Assembly (NCBI RefSeq): GCF_006345805.1
Contig: NC_042998.1
Location: 106,950,001 to 107,014,000 of the forward strand
Length of the DNA stretch: 64,000 nt
Direction: 5' to 3'
Source: Octopus sinensis
Taxonomy: Eukaryota
A program made the position numbers and the translations under genes. This document shows, piece after piece, positions 40,985-52,711 of the stretch. Under the pieces are notes generated by a model. The model did no database searches, was not told where the DNA came from, and saw only the letters and a list, made by a program, of their open reading frames with translations. Positions within the stretch are counted from its first letter, which is position 1. Every line of letters starts with the position of its first letter.

Positions 40985-41340
40985 ATGCCAGTGTGGTTAT
41001 ATAGCAAATTTTATAACCACTTGGTTTCTGGTTCAGTCCCACTGCGTAGCACTATGGGCAAGTGACTTCTACTATATGTCTGGGCTAACCAATGCCTTGT
41101 GAGTGAATTTGGTGGACGGAAATTGTGTGAAAGCCCATCGTACATATATGTGTCGGCATGTGTTCTTCCCCACCCACCGGTCGATAACCAGTGTTGGTTT
41201 GTTCTAACTTAGCGGCTAGGCAAAAGATACCGATAGAGTAAATACAGACTTAAAAATAAGTAATGGATTCCATTTGTTCGACTAAACCCTTTTAGAAGGT
41301 GCCCCAATATTCCTGCAATCCAATGATTGAAACAAATATA
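40985..41340 (+). mobile_element. SINE family A, older copy
   Basis: GGTTCAGTCCCACTGCGTAGCACTATGGGCAAGTG…CCTTGTGAGTGAATTTGGTGGACGG…CAATGATTGAAACAA. Confidence 0.82.
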
Positions 41341-41972
41341 TGATATAAAATTAATATGTAATATATTACATATTTAATCTATATGATATTGTTCACTTAC
41401 TCATTCGATAAATGAAGCATTGTTATCAATATTTTAAATTCAAAACACCTGTTCATATTTGTCACAGCCAATATAATATATTGTTACAGCCATGCACGTC
41501 GCTTATTTTTTGCGGTACACATGTATGGCACCGCACACTGCTTAGGAACTATTGCAGAGCGCTATCTTTATTTGTCACGTCTATGTAGTTATAATGTAAT
41601 ATATTTTAAACAGAACCGTTTAGATTAACTGGGAGAGGCAAACATTATTAATATTTCATGTGAATAATTCAACCTCCAAACGGGGTCTTAATCTTAAGTA
41701 TCATTATATCATATACATTATTACAAACAACCATTAATATCAGTGTGCTTGTAAAGCCGCTGCTTCTATTCGTGTCTATGATTGTCAGCCAAAAATATTT
41801 CACACAGAACTTCAAATACATGTGCCCATCATAGCTAAGACCTTAGCACAGCTTTCATGTGCTGTTGGCAAGATTCCTCCTACTGTGCACGGACTAACAT
41901 ACTACACACATGCTCACATGTCTAAATTCATACACACCAGTATATACATATAATTATATGTATATATATATA

Positions 41973-42011
<39 letters not shown>

Positions 42012-42070
42012 TATATGTATGTATATATATGTGTGCATATATATATATATAGAGAGAGACATATTTATGA

Positions 42071-42114
<44 letters not shown>

Positions 42115-42265
42115 TATACATTATAAAGGTATAGCGTACATTCTATAAATAAGCATGAAACAGATCCATGGGAAAATATTTCTTAAACAATTACGGTGAC
42201 ATTTTTCTACATCTTGCTGTTTGATGACGCTTCAGACCGTTAGATTATGTATCAAAGCATAATCT

Positions 42266-42267
<2 letters not shown>

Positions 42268-42347
<80 letters not shown>

Positions 42348-42388
42348 CTCTCTCAATCTATCTATCTATCTCTCTCTCTCTCTCTCTC
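42268..42388. repeat. (CT)n polypyrimidine microsatellite
   Basis: Directly visible. Confidence 0.95.
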
Positions 42389-42428
42389 CGTCCCCTTTCT
42401 CACTATATATTACATACATACATATATG

Positions 42429-42472
<44 letters not shown>

Positions 42473-43275
42473 ATATACACATATACATATTATACACATG
42501 TGTATAATATGTATATGTATATGTACATATACATATTGTACACCTGTGTATGTGTGTGTGTGTGTGCGTGGGTGTACTTATACATATTCATATGTGCATA
42601 TGCATATACATATTCATTGTTTTTTAAGAATTTATAACTCGAAAAAAAAAAACAGGAACTCCTATACTTGTCAAAATAGTAAATATGCTAGCGATTTATA
42701 TAATATGGTATTATAGATTCATTTCAGCCGATTTTACTGAATCCAGTCCCGGGGCTCATCAGATCTGCTATGAAAAGCATAGCGATGGATCTTTGTTACT
42801 GGACGTCAGGAAGTGTCACATCTAGTTTGTGGGTGTTGTGGAAACATGAACAAAAGCACCTGTGAGAGAAGTTCAGAGGGAAATTCATCTAGGATCATAC
42901 CCCTTTCACAAAAGCCGGATTCTGTCCACATGAAAGGAAATATGTGCTTGGATACTGGCCGGCATGAGAATACATACATAAAACAAAACATACAAATGTG
43001 CACATATACATATATACATAAATACATACATACATACATACATACATACATACATACATACATACATACATACATACATACATACAAAAATATCCTGTTG
43101 TTGATGTTGAAATTCCAATGAAGGAGCCTTGGAACTAGGTATAAAAAATCGGTTCTTTCTCTATTGGCAGGAAATCTTGAAATAAAACTGAACAATGACA
43201 CACACACATACATACACATACACATACACATATACATATACATATACATATACATACACATACATATGCACGCAT

Positions 43276-43312
<37 letters not shown>

Positions 43313-44099
43313 TGCGCATAAACACATGTATATGTATATATATGTACGTATGTGTGCATGTATTAAAAAAACATTCAAATATATACATGTAAATATAGGT
43401 GCATATAAACTGAACGTAGTACTCATAACATATAAAGGGAATAATTATCCAGGAAACATCACAAGCCTTCCAGTTCATTTACACGAGAACAACGTTTCCG
43501 GCCAAACCTCAAAGTTTGCATTCATCCTGCTTGTAGTCCACTACCAGGTTCAAACAATAAAACGTCATCGAAATATTGGCCAATACCGTAAATAGTGAAG
43601 TAGAATGATAACAGTGTCTTTTAAAACCGACTGACCGCCTGCCACTGCATTGCCTAGCTGTCTGCCTGCCTGCCTGCCAGCTTGCCTGCTGCATGCCTGT
43701 CTGCCTGCCTGTATGCCTCTCTGTCTGCCTGGCGAGCTGGCAGTGCCGGTGTGCTCGGTCGGTATCATGATAGACAGAGTGAAATCGATCGGGATTGTTG
43801 CATGTGTATTTAATCATGCACACGTTTACATAGTTTTGTATATTTGTATATGAATGTGTAATTATTTATAAGTGTGTTTACTCATAGTATACAAATATAT
43901 ATTTGCATGTTTACTTGCCTATAACGAACATGAGTTTTGTGTTTAGAAAACCTGCTGATGTATAACATTCTGAAAAGGTGTTACAATGTATGCATGCATG
44001 AATGTATATGACTATATACCTAAATGTATACATATGTGTGTGTATATGTATATATATATATATACATATATATATACATACATATATACATACATATAC

Positions 44100-44188
<89 letters not shown>

Positions 44189-44618
44189 ATGTATGTATGT
44201 ACGTATATCAGCATGTTTTGCATATGTCTGTCTTAGTGAGTGTACTTGTATATTTGTTCATATTTACTTTCCTCTTTCTCTCTCTCTGTATATATATATA
44301 TATATATCTGTAATTATCTGTCAGTTTATATCTTCCTGTCTATCTAAATGTCTGTCTTTGTACCAATATATTCATATATGTGTGTACGTGTGTGAGTGTG
44401 TGTGTGTACGGGTGTGCGCGCGCTCGTGTGTGTGTAATATATATGGACATAAAATGAGGTTTGATCGACATTGGTTTCGTTGCCTGGGGGGGATGTCTGT
44501 TGAAAAATCAGGAACACCTAATGACCCTAGCAACCATCACTGACGATGTATCCTAGTGCATCACAGGACGATGCAAGGGAATAACTGTGTGTGTGTGTAG
44601 GCATGTATATATACATAC

Positions 44619-44810
44619 CTAGGCGCAGGAGTGACTGTCGTAAAACGTTTGCTTCTCAACAACATGGTGCCGCGTTCATTCTCACAGCTTGACACCTTGG
44701 GTAGGTGTCTTCTATTATGGCCCCAGGCCGACAATAGCTTTGTGAGGGGATTTAGTAGACGGTAACTGAGAGAAGCCCACCGTATATATAAATATATTTG
44801 TATGTGTGCG

Positions 44811-44860
<50 letters not shown>

Positions 44861-45057
44861 TGTGTGTGTGTCTTTGTGCCTGCGTATGTCTCCCACACTG
44901 CTTGACAACCCGTGATGGTTTGAATACGTCCCATTTACCTAGCGGTTCGGCAAAGAGTTCAATAAAATAAATACTGGAATTAATACATTTTGACTAAAAT
45001 ACTTCAAAGCAATGCTCCGGTATGGCCGCAGTTTAATGACTAAGGCAAGTAAAAGAT
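44619..45057 (+). mobile_element. SINE family A, full-length diverged copy
   Basis: TAGGCGCAGGAGTG head, microsatellite middle, TATGGCCGCAGTTTAATGACTAAGGCAAGTAAAAGA tail. Confidence 0.83.
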
Positions 45058-45174
45058 ATAAAGATAAATATACATACATACATACATACATACATACATA
45101 CATACATACATACATGCATACACACATACATACATATATGTACTTACATATATATGTGTATATACATGCATATA

Positions 45175-46140
45175 TGGGTACAGGATACCAAAAAAACGTT
45201 GAACACAATGAGAAACGAAAACATAAAAACAAAAACATAGAAAACGAACTTTTTTCGAACAACGAAAAAAACAAACAGAGAAACGAGACATACAACGTAA
45301 AGAATATTCCCCTTCTCCAGTTGTCCCTGTTTCATCTACTCCGCGTCCGAAGGCAAGGACAATACGCGACTGTGAAACAGTCCTTCCCGCAAAGCAAATT
45401 AAATAAAATTTGGGATTTTTTGAGGAGGGTGAAAGTGGTAACAAGAGCAAGACAGTGAGAACATAACAGTAAAAACAAACGGTGGGGGTTGTTAAGCCAA
45501 GACGATAGAAAAATTATGAACGCTAGGAAGACGAGCTTATGAAGAAGACAGTATAAGCACGTTTTGTCTTTACGAAGGTAGAGGGCAGAAAGATAGATTC
45601 TCTTTCGTCACGTGTCAGTGACGAGAGAGTCGAGGAGGAGTGAGAGAGAAGGAACGGGGAAGAGGAGAGGAGAAGAATAGGGAGGGGTCGGAGAGAAAAC
45701 CAGAAAGGCTGAAGAACAAGAGAGGGAGAGAGATAGACAGAGAAGAGATAGTAAAGATAGAAGACTGCGCATCGTAATTATTAAGTTAAAACTTACTTGG
45801 AAAAGGATGCGTAGCGTTCGATCATATAATAATATATATAATATATAAATATATGCATATATACATACATATATGTGCATGCCTACATATATATGTATAT
45901 ATAAAAGCATATATGGGTACAGGACATCAAAAAACACAATGAGAAACGAAAACATAAAAACAAAAACATAGATAACGAACTTTTTTCGAACAACGAAAAA
46001 AACAAACAGAGGAACGAGACATGCAACATAAAAAAGTATTCCACTTCTTCAGTTGTCCCTGTTTCATCTACTCCGCGTTCGAAGGCAATGACAATACGCG
46101 ACTTCGTTGAAACGGTCCTTCCCGCAGAAACGAAAACATT
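45175..46140 (-). mobile_element. Penelope-like terminal-repeat unit plus partial repeat
   Basis: Unit 45175-45823 and partial copy 45910-46140 both start ATATGGGTACAGGA. The unit shares both ends with the 56 kb units. Classification is inferential. Confidence 0.5.
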
Positions 46141-46289
46141 TGTAGGAGAAATAACTGGGCAACTGCATATTTGAGTAAATATGCCAATTCACAAATATAC
46201 CAATACAGACACTCATAGATACGCACGCACACACACGCACACACACACATACACACACACACGTACAAACACACAACACACTAGCTCGA

Positions 46290-46560
46290 ATGTGGCTCGA
46301 TAAACCGATGAAACTGCTCGTGAAAAAGCACTCCGCAATCACGTGTACACTTAACGTAGTTCTCAGGGAGATTTAGCGTGACACAGAATATAACAATGCT
46401 GGCCTCTTAAATTACAGGTACAATTCATTTTTTACCAGTTGAGTGGACTAGAGTAACGAGAAAGTGTCTTGCTCAAGGACACAAAATGTCCCCAGGAATC
46501 GAACACACGACCCAACGATCTTGAGCCGAATGCCCTAACCACTAAACCACACGTCTTCAC
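46290..46560 (-). mobile_element. tRNA-derived SINE family C (CORE-like)
   Basis: Minus strand GTGGTTTAGTGGTTAGGG (A box), GTTCGATTCC (B box), GTGTCCTTGAGCAAGACACTT. Confidence 0.78.
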
Positions 46561-47110
46561 CAGCTCAACTCTACACACTCACTCAGATACACACATATTG
46601 ATATACATTCATATACATGTATGTATGCATATATGCGTGTGTTTGAATATATATGCATGCTTATGTATGTACACACACACTCTCTTTCTCACACACACAC
46701 TAACACCCACCTACACACGCACGCGCACACACATATGCTCACGCATTCTCTTAATGCCAGAGTTGACCTTTTGTGTGTTTATACTCACGTGTATATCATG
46801 TAGTCCAGAGAAAGATCCTGATGCAATAATAATTATTTAATCTGCTAACATATGTTGTCATCATCAGTTGTTTAGAGACCCATCCTCTTTGTGGAGTCGT
46901 TTACTGTAACTGTTCATTCTTCTCCGCAATATGTTGCTGCTGGTGTTGTTATCCATATTGCCGTAGTCGTCGTCGTTCTTATTGTTGTGGATGTTTTCAT
47001 CATTACTGATAACTACTGTTTCAACCCTTTCCTTCCTCTTCATCCTTGTTGCTTTAGAAACGATCATTACGCAGTGTTAGTTCAACGTTCATTGCTGTCA
47101 TAGTAGACTA

Positions 47111-47146
<36 letters not shown>

Positions 47147-47242
47147 CATGGTGATGGTGATGGTGATGATGATAGTGAGGTATGAGGGTAAAATAATTGG
47201 AGAATTGGGCATGATGAAAAAACCTATGAACAAGCATGTAGA

Positions 47243-48472
47243 GGCGCGCTCTAAAGAACGAAGGTGTTGGAGCTGCGCGAGGCCCGGCTGGCGGAGGCGC
47301 AACAGAGCAACAAAGCCACCATTCAGTCTCTGGTAGATGAGCAGGTGCGCGAATTACAGGAGCCAAGTAAAATGTGTGAGGCCTTTCAACAGCATTTTGC
47401 CCGACTGTTCGGGACGAATGGTGAGCAAGAATGCAAGGTGGACTTCAGTGCCTACATGCACAGTCTTCCACGCCTCCCGACAAGAGAGGCAGAGTGCTGC
47501 GAAGGTGCCATCACGGGGGCGGAAGTGCGGGACGCGATGGAAGAATGCCCGAGGGACAAGTCACCGGGTTTGGATGGTCTACTCTACGAGCTTTACAGTA
47601 GTATGCCAGACTTGTTTAGAGACGTTTTGGCAGCAGTGTACTGCCAGTGGCAGCAAAACGGGAGCGTCCCCGGTTTTGTGAGCCAAGGAGCCGTAACGCT
47701 GCTGAAGAAAGACCCAAACAAGGGGGACGTAATAGATAACTTTAGGCAGACTTGAAAATTTAGGCCAAGGTGTTGGCGCTTGTCATCGAAAGGTCGACAA
47801 GGCGCAAACGTGCGCCGTGCCGGGCCTCATAGCGGCTGGTCTCGGTCTTGTCTTCCGCGGTTGGATAGCTGCCTAGTACAGAGGCATTCGCTCGGTAATT
47901 CGCGTGAATGGACATCTATCGAGACCTTTCGATATTGCACGTTCGGTCTGTCAGGGATGCCTTCTCTCGTCGCTTCTGTACGTATTGACTCTCGAGCTAC
48001 TACTGCGGAAGCTGTAGTGGCTCGAGAACTGACGCTGCGAATTGGGATGCGGGACGAGTGTGTCCGCATACGCGGACGACGTCACCGTCATAGGGTCTAG
48101 CCAGAAGCACATCAAGCTGGTCAGTGAGACACTGAAAGACTACGAAGCGATAACAGGAGCGAAAATCAACTGAGAAAAGTCAGTGGGCTTGCGACTCGGC
48201 ACCTGGAGAAGCAAGCCCATGCCGTCCAGCAGCACCTCCGTCGTGGGACGCTGGACCGACGGTCCGGTCGAGTTACTTGAGGTATGGTTTAGTCCAAACC
48301 TCCAAACGGAGAATAACTGGAACAAGATAACGAGTAGGGGGATCACTCTCACCCGGAAATGGGCCGAGAGGAAGCTGTAGCTAAAAGGTCGGGCAGAGGT
48401 GTCGAACACGTACATCGCGTCCGTCATCTACTACCGCCTGACCGCCTTGTCCCGACCCTACCATCAGCAAAC
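47243..48472 (+). mobile_element. Tx1/L1-like LINE copy A (deleted, truncated at both ends)
   Basis: Collinear with 48501-49898 (…DKSPGLDGLLYE…VTLLKKDPNKG…YADD…). Several deletions and stops. Confidence 0.9.
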
Positions 48473-51240
48473 ACGAAGGATGTGCTGTCAGAGCTAGGAT
48501 GCGTGCTCTAAGGAACGAAGGTGTTGGAGCCGCGAGAGAGGCCCGGGTGGCAGAGGCGCAACAGGGCAACAAAGCCACCATTCGGTCACTGGTAGATGAC
48601 CAGGGGCGCGAATTGCTCGAGCCAAGTAAAATGTGTGAGGCCTTTCAGCAGCATTTTGCCCGACGAGTGGAGGGCAAGAACGTAGGGTGGACTTCAGTGC
48701 CTACCTACATAGCCTGCCACGACTCTCGACAAGAAAGGCAGGGTGCTGCGAAGGTGCCATCACGGCGGCGGAAGTGCAGGAAGCGATAGCAGAATGCTCG
48801 AGGGACAAATCACCGGGTTTGGATGGTCTACCCTACGAGTTTTACAATTGTATGCCAGACTTGTTTGGAGACGTCTTGGCAGCGGTATACTGCAACTGGC
48901 AGCAAAACGGGAGCATACCCGGTTTGTGAGTCGAGGAGCTGTAACTCTGCTAAAGAAAGATCCAAACAAGGGAAACATTATAGATAACTTTAGACCAATC
49001 ACGCTGCTCAATGCAGACCTGAAAATTTTGACAAAGGTGTTAGCCAAGAGGTTGGCGCTTGTCATCGAGAAACTGGTCGACAACGCACAAACGTGCGCCG
49101 TGCCGGGCGGGAGCATCCATGACAACCTCCATCTGATGCGCTACATCATAGACAGGGTAGTTAACGAACCTGGCATGGGTGGGGCCCTGATCAACTTGGA
49201 TCAATCGAAAGCCTTTGATAGGGTAGACCATCGATACTTAGAGGCAGTCCTGAGAGCGGCTGGTTTCGGTCCCGTCTTCCGCGGCTGGATAGCTGCCTTG
49301 TACAGAGGCATCCGTTCGGTAATTCGCGTAAATGGACATCTATCGAGACCTTTCGACATTGCACGTTCGGTCCGTCAGGGATGCCCCCTCTCGGCGCTTC
49401 TATACGTATTGACTCTTGAGCCACTACTGCGGAAGCTGGCGACTCTAAGGGGCATCCCGCGAGAATTGGGATGCGGGACCAGCGTGTCTGCATACGCGGA
49501 CGACGTCACCGTCATAGTGTCAAGCCACGAGCACATCGAGCGGGTCGGCGAGACAATGAAAGACTACGAAGCGGTGACAGGAGCAAAAATCAACCGGAAA
49601 AGTCAGTGGGCTTGGCTCGGCACCTGGAGAAGCAAGCCCATGCCGGCCACCAGTACCTCCGTCGTGGGACGCTGGACAGACGGCCCGGTTGAGTTGCTCG
49701 GGGTCTGGTTCGGTCCGGACCTCCAAATGGAGAAGAACTGGAACGAGATAACGAGTAGGGTGGTCACTCTCGCCCAGCAATGGGCCGAGAGGAAACTGTC
49801 CCTAAAAGGTCGGGCGGGGGTGGTGAACGCGTACATCGCGTCCATCATCTACTACCGCCTGACCGTCGTACCTTGTCCCGACCCTACCATCACCAAACTA
49901 GAACGCATCCTCTTCCGCTTCATGTGGAAAGGATGCGTCCCGATGGTCAGGCGATCCATTTGCTGTCAACACCCGTTAAAAGGAGGGCTGGGCATGCCGT
50001 GGTTGATGATGCGCAGACACGCGCTGAGATTGCGACATCTCCGGCTCTATGTAGACGACGGTGAACAGGTGTGGTCGCCGTTTGTGAGGCACGCATTCCC
50101 GCAACTCGTCTCCATGACCGAACTACAAGCGTGGATCAAAAAGAGGCCGAGGAAGGGCGATTGGCACCGCGAGTGTCGCGTTGCTCTCAAGCAACTCTGC
50201 CGTCCCGGGTCGACCTTGAGTGACTTCAACACAACCAAAGCATTCTATAGGGGATTAGTGGAGGGGAGGTACGACGACGAGCTCGGGGCAAACCTGGGCG
50301 TCGACGAGGAATACCTGACCCGCCTGTTTCAAACGACTTTCGGCCCGGGACCTATGGACAACTTCCAGAGATCCCTGGCCTGGCGGTGCTACCGAGAAGC
50401 GCTACCCGTTCGGGATAAGCTCTATAGGCATGGCTCGAGAAACACGGGGCCGACCTGCCCGAGATGCGGTCAGAGCGACGAAACCGTTCTGCACGCAATC
50501 GTGCAGTGTCCAGCAATTTCCGACCTGTGGGCTTATGTCGAACGACTGCTGTCACGTGTGGGACGTGTCGGTTTATCAGCCGAGTCTATCGTTAATATCG
50601 TCACGCCTCCTTCCTTCAAACGGGAAGGAAGAGCTATTTTTATCATACTTGTGGCTATGGCGAAAGAATGTATCTGGTGGACGCGCCTGAAAGGATTAGA
50701 GACAAACACTTTCCTCTCTGGTCAATCTCTCATCAACTTCTTCAAGTATCACTTGAAGAGGAAAGTGAGAGTAGAGAGGCAAGTTTTGTCTAGTGAATGT
50801 TTTAAAAAAAGATGGGTGAATGTAGCAAGGATGGCACGTATGAATGACGAAGCCACCTTGACTATGATTCTATGAACCATAAAAATTAATACAGAGAGTT
50901 GCTTATTTGCAAAAAAAAAAAAAAGAAATATAACATGTGACTTCATTGACCGAGGTTACCGTGGTCTTTTCCGTAGGCTTTTCTTTCCACGGGTAAACCT
51001 CACCTGTCCTCCCCTTTACACTTCATATTGACATTTCTGTGATAACGATCCCTATTATTCATTTTTTTTCTCTCCCCCTTTTTTTACCCCCCCCTTTTTT
51101 TTTTGGTCCTTTTTCTTTCCTTTTACGATCCCTTTTGATCGAAAACCACCACTCTCCTTTTTTTACCCCCAAAAGAAAAGCTCTACTTTGTAATTTGTTC
51201 TATCTGTGTGCAGCCCTGTGTGGCTAATAAAGAAACATAT
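48468..51240 (+). mobile_element. Tx1/L1-like LINE copy B, 5'-truncated, young
   Basis: RT, zinc knuckle and a T-rich 3' UTR ending GCTAATAAAGAAACATATCTATC. No endonuclease or ORF1. Confidence 0.95.
48929..50875 (+). CDS. Reverse transcriptase plus CCHC knuckle of the Tx1-like ORF2 (partial)
   Basis: Authentic part of track ORF 48743-50875: NFRPITLLNADLKIL, LDQSKAFDRVDH, VRQGCPLS, AYADDVT, GGLGMP, CPRCGQSDETVLHAIVQC. Confidence 0.93.
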   Translation, partial: SRGAVTLLKKDPNKGNIIDNFRPITLLNADLKILTKVLAKRLALVIEKLVDNAQTCAVPGGSIHDNLHLMRYIIDRVVNEPGMGGALINLDQSKAFDRVDHRYLEAVLRAAGFGPVFRGWIAALYRGIRSVIRVNGHLSRPFDIARSVRQGCPLSALLYVLTLEPLLRKLATLRGIPRELGCGTSVSAYADDVTVIVSSHEHIERVGETMKDYEAVTGAKINRKSQWAWLGTWRSKPMPATSTSVVGRWTDGPVELLGVWFGPDLQMEKNWNEITSRVVTLAQQWAERKLSLKGRAGVVNAYIASIIYYRLTVVPCPDPTITKLERILFRFMWKGCVPMVRRSICCQHPLKGGLGMPWLMMRRHALRLRHLRLYVDDGEQVWSPFVRHAFPQLVSMTELQAWIKKRPRKGDWHRECRVALKQLCRPGSTLSDFNTTKAFYRGLVEGRYDDELGANLGVDEEYLTRLFQTTFGPGPMDNFQRSLAWRCYREALPVRDKLYRHGSRNTGPTCPRCGQSDETVLHAIVQCPAISDLWAYVERLLSRVGRVGLSAESIVNIVTPPSFKREGRAIFIILVAMAKECIWWTRLKGLETNTFLSGQSLINFFKYHLKRKVRVERQVLSSECFKKRWVNVARMARMNDEATLTMIL

Positions 51241-51544
51241 CTATCTGTTTATCTAATTTAGTCTCTACATATGTGTATATAAACACAGCAAACATTACGC
51301 AGAAGCTTCCAGTTTCTTATATAACACTTGTCAAATGTGTATATATGCGTCCATGTGTCTGTATGTGTGTATGTGTGTGTGCATGTGTGAGCGTGTATTT
51401 GTTTCCGTTAATTCTTTAGTTTGTTTTAGCCATCACAACTAAAACTATTTATACATACATATACAGCTTTATTTACAAGTGCGTATGCGTATATGTGTGC
51501 GCATGTAAGTGCCTTTACCTGTGTGTGTGTATGTGTGTGTGTAG

Positions 51545-51575
<31 letters not shown>

Positions 51576-52079
51576 TGTGTGTGTGTGCGCGCGCGCAGGC
51601 ACGCGAGCGTGCGTCCGTAATCGTTTAAGTGCGTGGGAGGTGCTTCGACCATAGCGACTGATTGGTAATTCTCGGCTAGCAGACTAAACCAATTTCTTTC
51701 CCCCTTCCTAACATCCTGTTAGCTGACTTCCTCTGAAGTACAATATACTTCGCCCTATCTTTCTGCTCAATTAGAATGAGACAAGGAAAGTACCGATGAT
51801 TAAGAAGTAGATAAAAGCACCTCATCGTTCATACTACCAAATCGATAGTATCCTCTTTTAACTTAACTACGAATGAAAATAAGAGATGCTAGCCGGACAT
51901 CGAGCTATGAGGTGAGGCTCTTACGCTAGTTTCTAGAAGTGCCTCTCTTTTATCCTATCCACGCCGTATGCACACACATACACACATACACACACGCACA
52001 CACACACTCTCCTCTTCGCGCGCGCGTACACACACACACACACTCATACGCACACACACACATATATACACACTCTCAA

Positions 52080-52221
<142 letters not shown>

Positions 52222-52376
52222 TATATATATATATATATCTTTCTCTCTCACTCTCTCATCTCTATACACGCATATGTATATTCTCTTCGTTGACATTCGC
52301 TAATAATTAATAAATCATCATCATCATTATTATTATTATTATTGTTATTGTTGTTGTTGCTGTTATCATCATCATC

Positions 52377-52447
<71 letters not shown>

Positions 52448-52494
52448 AAGTAGTATTGAAATAATTAAGTGGGATGGGCTAGCTAGAAAGTTCT

Positions 52495-52673
52495 AACTGG
52501 GCACCACTTGCAATGTCATGCGCCGGTTATTTCAATATGAGGTCACATGTTTCGCATATATGGTTGTGATGCATGTGCCTGGTGTACACTTATCAGACTG
52601 GTAGTCATGTTGGGCTTCGTATATTTGTAACCCAGCCTCATTTCGATTGCGTGTGCTGCTCTCTCATTCAATA

Positions 52674-52703
<30 letters not shown>
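52495..52703 (+). mobile_element. Probable LINE/SINE 3' tail ending in (GAT)n
   Basis: …GTGTACACTTATCAGACTGGTAGTC…GCTCTCTCATTCAATAATGATGATG resembles a repeat tail from recall. No second copy in the window. Confidence 0.4.
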
Positions 52704-52704
<1 letters not shown>

Positions 52705-52711
52705 CTCGAAG

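Noticed and set aside
42713-42765. Hammerhead-like CTGATGA-GCC…GGC-T-GAAA on the minus strand
   Set aside because: Stem III and the U16.1-H17 cleavage triplet are missing, and stem II is out of register.
43640-43745. Regularly spaced GCCT-type repeats
   Set aside because: Degenerate tetranucleotide microsatellite with no unique spacers. No CRISPR array anywhere in the window.
48743-48928. First ~60 codons of the 710-aa track ORF
   Set aside because: Out of frame relative to the true ORF2, which is read here by track ORF 48687-48929.
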